In this document: one piece after another, positions 35,837 to 39,543 of the stretch
Position numbering within the stretch: the first letter of the stretch is position 1
How the letters are laid out: every line of letters starts with the position of its first letter
Assembly: GCA_035285545.1 (NCBI GenBank)
Contig: JAYKGY010000139.1
Location: forward strand, 1-39,543
Direction: 5' to 3'
Origin: Snowella sp.
GTDB taxonomy: Bacteria; Cyanobacteriota; Cyanobacteriia; Cyanobacteriales; Microcystaceae
Length of the DNA: 39,543 nt
The notes under the pieces: model-generated
What the model saw: only the letters and a program-made list of their open reading frames with translations
The model's database searches: none
What the model was told of the DNA's origin: nothing
Translations under genes and position numbers: made by a program

Positions 35837-35901
35837 TTGATTTTGTGTCAATATCTAAATTGGTTATTTAGCAAAGATTATAGATTTCGTAACATTTTCT
35901 A
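35837..35901. promoter_or_regulatory. Pair of related 21-bp imperfect palindromes upstream of the 35783 gene
   Basis: TTGATTTTGTGTCAATATCTA (35837) and TAGATTTCGTAACATTTTCTA (35881), 15/21 identical, 44 bp apart. Confidence 0.45.
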
Positions 35902-35954
35902 TTCTTAGTATATTTTTCCTTATTTTTTAAATTTCAATGCTTGTCTCAATCTTT

Positions 35955-35973
35955 ATTGAAAATAATGTGCAAT
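35955..35973. promoter_or_regulatory. Fur-like box upstream of 36027
   Basis: ATTGAAAATAATGTGCAAT. Confidence 0.5.
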
Positions 35974-36026
35974 AATTTGAGAGTATTCTTGTAATTTTAA
36001 AAAGTGACGGAGGTTTAAGTTTTGCT

Positions 36027-36239
36027 ATGTCTGTTATTCATTGGGACAAATCCGTATTAACTCTGCACCTGAAAGAAGTTATTGAAGATTATCATCGGGG
36101 AGATACAACGGCACTGATTGGATTAGGAGCGATTTTAGTGGGAACAATTGCTTTGCCTGCAACAGTTAAATTAGGGAAACCCGTACTTAAACAAATTATC
36201 AAAAGTGGCATTATTCTTTCTTCATCGTCTCAATTATGA
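36027..36239 (+). CDS. Second, shorter DUF5132-like membrane peptide
   Basis: LIGLGAILVGTIALPATVKLGKPVLKQIIKSGIIL parallels the 32351 protein; GGAGG RBS; lacks the acidic C-terminal helix. Confidence 0.65.
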   Translation: MSVIHWDKSVLTLHLKEVIEDYHRGDTTALIGLGAILVGTIALPATVKLGKPVLKQIIKSGIILSSSSQL

Positions 36240-36357
36240 CGTTTTTGGATTTTAATCGTTGATTCGAGTATTAGTCCCTATTTAATGAATTAATTATCAA
36301 CTAGCTCCATCTAGGCTATACGAAACCTTATCAAGATGGGGAAAGAATCATATTGTC

Positions 36358-36978
36358 ATGAAAAAATTTATGGGGTTGACTGATTCTCTCGCATTGAAAT
36401 CGTTATCACGCACTCATTTCTTTGAACCTCGCCGAGCGCATTATTATGACCAATCGGAAATTATTCCCTTAATGCAAGAAGGAATTTGGCAAGTTTATCG
36501 GGGTGTTGTACAACTCAGTCAATTAAATGCTGATGGGGATGAAGTATTACTTGCTTGGCTTCATTCAGAAAGTTTTTTTGGTTTATGTCTAACAAGTTAT
36601 CAACTAGAAATATATCAAGCCAAAGCGTTATCGCCGGTTCATCTTCGTTGGTATCCGTTGTCAGAGATTGAATCAAAGCCCCAATTAGCCCAACTTATCC
36701 TGACTCAAACAGTTCAGCGAGTCCGTCAGACTGAGACATTATTAGTCATTGCAGGGCTTAAGCGAGTTGATCGCCGTTTACAGGAGTTATTAAAGTTTTT
36801 AGCCCAAGAAATGGGTCAACCTATTGGCAATGGTATGCGGTTAAAGGTTCGTTTTACTCATCAAATGTTAGCCAATGCCATCGGAGCTAGCCGAGTGACG
36901 ATCACCCGTCTTTTAGGCGAGTTTCAAAATAAAGGTTGGATTCAGTTTGATAGCGATCGCCATTTAATTGTTTATTAA
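36358..36978 (+). CDS. Crp/Fnr family transcriptional regulator
   Basis: WQVYRGVVQL...GDEVLL; HTH FTHQMLANAIGASRVTITRLL. Confidence 0.92.
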   Translation: MKKFMGLTDSLALKSLSRTHFFEPRRAHYYDQSEIIPLMQEGIWQVYRGVVQLSQLNADGDEVLLAWLHSESFFGLCLTSYQLEIYQAKALSPVHLRWYPLSEIESKPQLAQLILTQTVQRVRQTETLLVIAGLKRVDRRLQELLKFLAQEMGQPIGNGMRLKVRFTHQMLANAIGASRVTITRLLGEFQNKGWIQFDSDRHLIVY

Positions 36979-37200
36979 TGGGTGGTACGAGTGGCCATAA
37001 TCCTTTTAAATTAAATCAATAAAACTGATTAAAAATGCGTAATAGGGCTATTCTGCGATCGCTACTGTATTTTGAGACGGCGTATGGATTTGTGGCAACC
37101 CTTCAACCTACAAACTTTGGACAAACCCATGCTGCCTATGGTGGTATTTTCATTAACTTAAATTAAGTTAGGGTATTATGATGGCAATATTGAGAGTATT

Positions 37201-37219
37201 ATTGCAAATAATTTGCAAT
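37201..37219. promoter_or_regulatory. Fur box (perfect 9-1-9 palindrome)
   Basis: ATTGCAAAT-A-ATTTGCAAT upstream of the siderophore-binding protein gene. Confidence 0.7.
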
Positions 37220-37408
37220 TGTCCTGCCGTCAGGTGGTGTCATTGCTCTAAGGGAAGTCCGCTTTTTTCGTTGTCGCGGTTTAATCCCACCCTCTGTCGG
37301 GCGATGGACTGTTAGTTCTCAATGCATTATTTTGCTTTTGATGTCTTCAGAATCTCCGGTCGCGCTTTGTTCAATGACTCAAATCTAGGATGAAACGAGG
37401 TTAGAAGA

Positions 37409-38443
37409 TTGACTTTACGATTATCACGATCTGGCTGGATTCCGTTTGCGCTTTTCTTACTGACACTGGGGCTAGTGGTGGCCTGTCAAGGATCTCCTTT
37501 GGGCAATCAGTCGCAAAATATGCCGATGACCTCCCTAGCCTGCCGCCGTATCAATCATGACGCTGGGCAGACAGAAGTTTGCGGACAGCCGATTACCATT
37601 GCTGCTCTTAGTCCCTATATTCTGGACATGATGCTTTCGCTGGGGGTAGAGCCAGACGGATATGCGGCGGCCGATCTCAGGGGAGACTTGTTACGACAAC
37701 CTAAATTCAACAATCCTGAACAACAAATTCCGTATATAGGCAATAAATTGAGGAGCCAGCCTGTGAATTTTGGAGACCGTCACAGCCCCTCCCTGGAGGC
37801 GATCGCTAAAATGCAGCCAGATTTAATTTTGGGAGAGGCATGGCAAGGCACTCAGGGAAAATATTCTCTATTAACGAAAATTGCGCCAACAGTGTTAGTT
37901 AATGACGGAAAAGGGGGTTGGCAACATAGCATTGAAATTATTGCTCAAGCCTTAGACAAACAAGAACAATTACGTCAAGTTAAGAATGACTATCATGCTA
38001 GAATCACCAGCGTTCGTGAGCAACTTACCCTAGTAGCAAGCAAGTTTCCGCAGATATTACTTGTTGGTTCTGGAGACCTATCTAAGGCAATTTATGCTGA
38101 TCAAGACAGCGAATTTTCAAGACTCCTTGAAGCCCTAAACTTTCAGCTTGTCGATACAGGCGCAATTTTTTCTAATAATTCTGCGCTTTCCTTGGAAACG
38201 ATCCCTCTTCTAAACCCTGACATTATTATTGTCGTCGCCTGGAACCAAGCCGAGAAAAGTGATGCTCTAGGGTGGGAAAAACTCCAGCAACAATGGAGCA
38301 ATATGCCTCTTTTAAAGACAATACCAGCGTCGCAAGCGGGGAAAGTTTTTTTCTTAGATGCACGTTTATCTACAATTCGGGGCCCTTTAGCGGCGACGGT
38401 TATTCTCGATCATTATCTTAATTTTTTAGTTTCTCTTAATTAG
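37409..38443 (+). CDS. Iron-siderophore ABC transporter substrate-binding lipoprotein (FhuD/FecB-like)
   Basis: Lipobox LVVAC, INHDAGQTEVC, PSLEAIAKMQPDLIL, LTKIAPTV, IPASQAGKVF; TTG start. Confidence 0.9.
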   Translation: MTLRLSRSGWIPFALFLLTLGLVVACQGSPLGNQSQNMPMTSLACRRINHDAGQTEVCGQPITIAALSPYILDMMLSLGVEPDGYAAADLRGDLLRQPKFNNPEQQIPYIGNKLRSQPVNFGDRHSPSLEAIAKMQPDLILGEAWQGTQGKYSLLTKIAPTVLVNDGKGGWQHSIEIIAQALDKQEQLRQVKNDYHARITSVREQLTLVASKFPQILLVGSGDLSKAIYADQDSEFSRLLEALNFQLVDTGAIFSNNSALSLETIPLLNPDIIIVVAWNQAEKSDALGWEKLQQQWSNMPLLKTIPASQAGKVFFLDARLSTIRGPLAATVILDHYLNFLVSLN

Positions 38444-38444
38444 T

Positions 38445-39401
38445 ATGAACTCTCTTTTTTGTGCTGAGCAATCCCGCCATTCGGGCCTTGATGTTGTTGG
38501 TACGGCCTCCGAACATTCGGTCTATGTGGCGATCGCCTGCCCGCCCCCTTGGGAACGCAATGAAATGCAATCAAAAGGGATTCCCGCCGTCCTCCGCGAC
38601 CTCTGCGAAGAAATTAGCGACGATTATGATCGCTACCAAACCCGTTTCCTGCTGATCCACAACGAGTACTGGACGCAAACTGATCCCATTCGTGTACTGG
38701 TATTTCGCAGACCTTCTGGCCTCGCCACCACCTACGAAAAGCAAGAATTTCACCTAGAAAATATTCATGAGGTCGCACCCCTCGTGCGGCAAGTCATCAT
38801 GGAGGAACCCGGTGATGCCACTCCGGTGGAGGTCTCCAGCCGCGATATTTTGGTTTGCACCCACGGCAGTCGGGATCGCTGTTGTTCTCGCTTTGGCGCA
38901 CCCATCTACCACCAGACCCGTAAACTGATGGCGGAACTGGGGTTAGAGAATATCCGCATCTGGCAGGCCAGCCACATTGGTGGGCACCGCATGGCTCCAA
39001 CGGCGATCGACTTCCCGTCTGCCCGCTACTACGGTTACCTGGATTCGGATTCCTTAAAGTCTGTACTCACCCACAGCGGCGATATTCACACCATGGAAAC
39101 TATTTATCGCGGTTGGGGCATGTTACCTTGGGCGGCCCAGGTGTTGGAAAAGCATCTGTTGCTTACGCGAGGCTGGGATTGGTTTAATTATGCCGTAGGG
39201 GCCCAAGTGTTAGAACACAACGATGAAGAGACTTTCAATCGGGTCGAACTGACCTATCAAACGCCGGTTGGGGAGCGACAGACTTACCAGGCTGATGTGG
39301 TTGCCGATGAAAGTCGTATCATTTATCTCAAAAGTTCCTGCGCTAGTGAGAAAGTCACCAGTGTTATGCCTTACAAGATCCAAAATTTAGTTTCTTTATA
39401 G
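38445..39401 (+). CDS. Sucrase/ferredoxin-like (Apd1/Aim32-type thioredoxin-fold [2Fe-2S]) protein
   Basis: ILVCTHGSRDRCC and SHIGGHRMAPT motifs; starts 1 bp after the upstream stop. Confidence 0.88.
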   Translation: MNSLFCAEQSRHSGLDVVGTASEHSVYVAIACPPPWERNEMQSKGIPAVLRDLCEEISDDYDRYQTRFLLIHNEYWTQTDPIRVLVFRRPSGLATTYEKQEFHLENIHEVAPLVRQVIMEEPGDATPVEVSSRDILVCTHGSRDRCCSRFGAPIYHQTRKLMAELGLENIRIWQASHIGGHRMAPTAIDFPSARYYGYLDSDSLKSVLTHSGDIHTMETIYRGWGMLPWAAQVLEKHLLLTRGWDWFNYAVGAQVLEHNDEETFNRVELTYQTPVGERQTYQADVVADESRIIYLKSSCASEKVTSVMPYKIQNLVSL

Positions 39402-39450
39402 ACAATATGTAGCGTAATAACAAATTCAATAGAAAACAGTGCATTTACTT

Positions 39451-39502
39451 AATCCCCCCCGCCTACGGCTTCCCCCCTTTGAAAGGGGGGCTAGGGGGGA
39501 TA
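39451..39502. repeat. Cyanobacterial dispersed GC-rich palindromic repeat
   Basis: ATCCCCCCC...CCCCCCTTT-G-AAAGGGGGG-CTA-GGGGGGAT nested inverted repeat. Confidence 0.65.
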
Positions 39503-39543
39503 ATATCGAGAAACCTATTTGCATGTAAATCAAATTAATTTGG

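Larger units (their letters stand above)
197..38536. repeat. HIP1 octamer GCGATCGC dispersed throughout
   Basis: More than 40 copies counted by eye (e.g. 197, 3773, 5084, 8564, 9328, 20966, 21042, 23956, 35234); depleted in AT-rich inserts. Confidence 0.95.

Noticed and set aside
37220..37408. Cobalamin riboswitch (AAGGGAAGTCCG resembles part of the consensus)
   Set aside because: The following GGTG-AA-CC and CCCGCAACTGT elements are absent, and a Fur box explains regulation better.
553..39000. Numerous short overlapping ORFs in the ORF track (e.g. 553..783, 3771..4037, 7107..8196 set, 13380..13661, 16283..16474, 24569..24838, 30881..31198, 34870..35181)
   Set aside because: They are antisense or out-of-frame shadows of well-supported genes, with no recognisable motifs.
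1..39543. CRISPR array or cas genes
   Set aside because: No run of identical 23-47 bp repeats with unique spacers; the palindromes at 21.0-22.7 kb are attC-like and separated by whole genes.

Overview
A cyanobacterial chromosomal window, most likely from a unicellular Chroococcales-type strain. The assignment rests on more than 40 HIP1 octamers (GCGATCGC, counted by eye), isiA/isiB, a cyanobacterial ThiD2-ThiE and a pentapeptide repeat protein. The left half (1-21 kb) mixes housekeeping genes (sugar ABC ATPase, tRNA-Ala(CGC), ArnT-type glycosyltransferase, yajQ, manC, hpt, O-antigen ligase-like, thiE) with AT-rich accessory inserts. Those inserts are a candidate thioester-domain surface protein, DUF2971, a RelE-type TA pair, a frameshifted DUF4062 gene, an orphan Phd-like antitoxin and Uma2. 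At 21.0-23.9 kb lies a small island with integron-type attC sites but no integrase, carrying two unknown ORFs, hicBA and an excisionase-HTH/PIN module whose PIN gene is frameshifted. From 24.2 kb to the end is a ~15 kb metal-starvation island studded with Fur/Zur-type 7-1-7 boxes. It holds folE, a degenerate G3E/CobW-like protein, two atypical metallophosphoesterases, isiAB, feoAB, a Crp regulator, a siderophore-binding lipoprotein and a sucrase-type ferredoxin. Within it, a DUF5132-like + HMA2-like + non-CPC P1B-ATPase cluster resembles ferrosome (fez) gene clusters and is the leading candidate for a little-described system. All family assignments come from motif recognition, not database searches.
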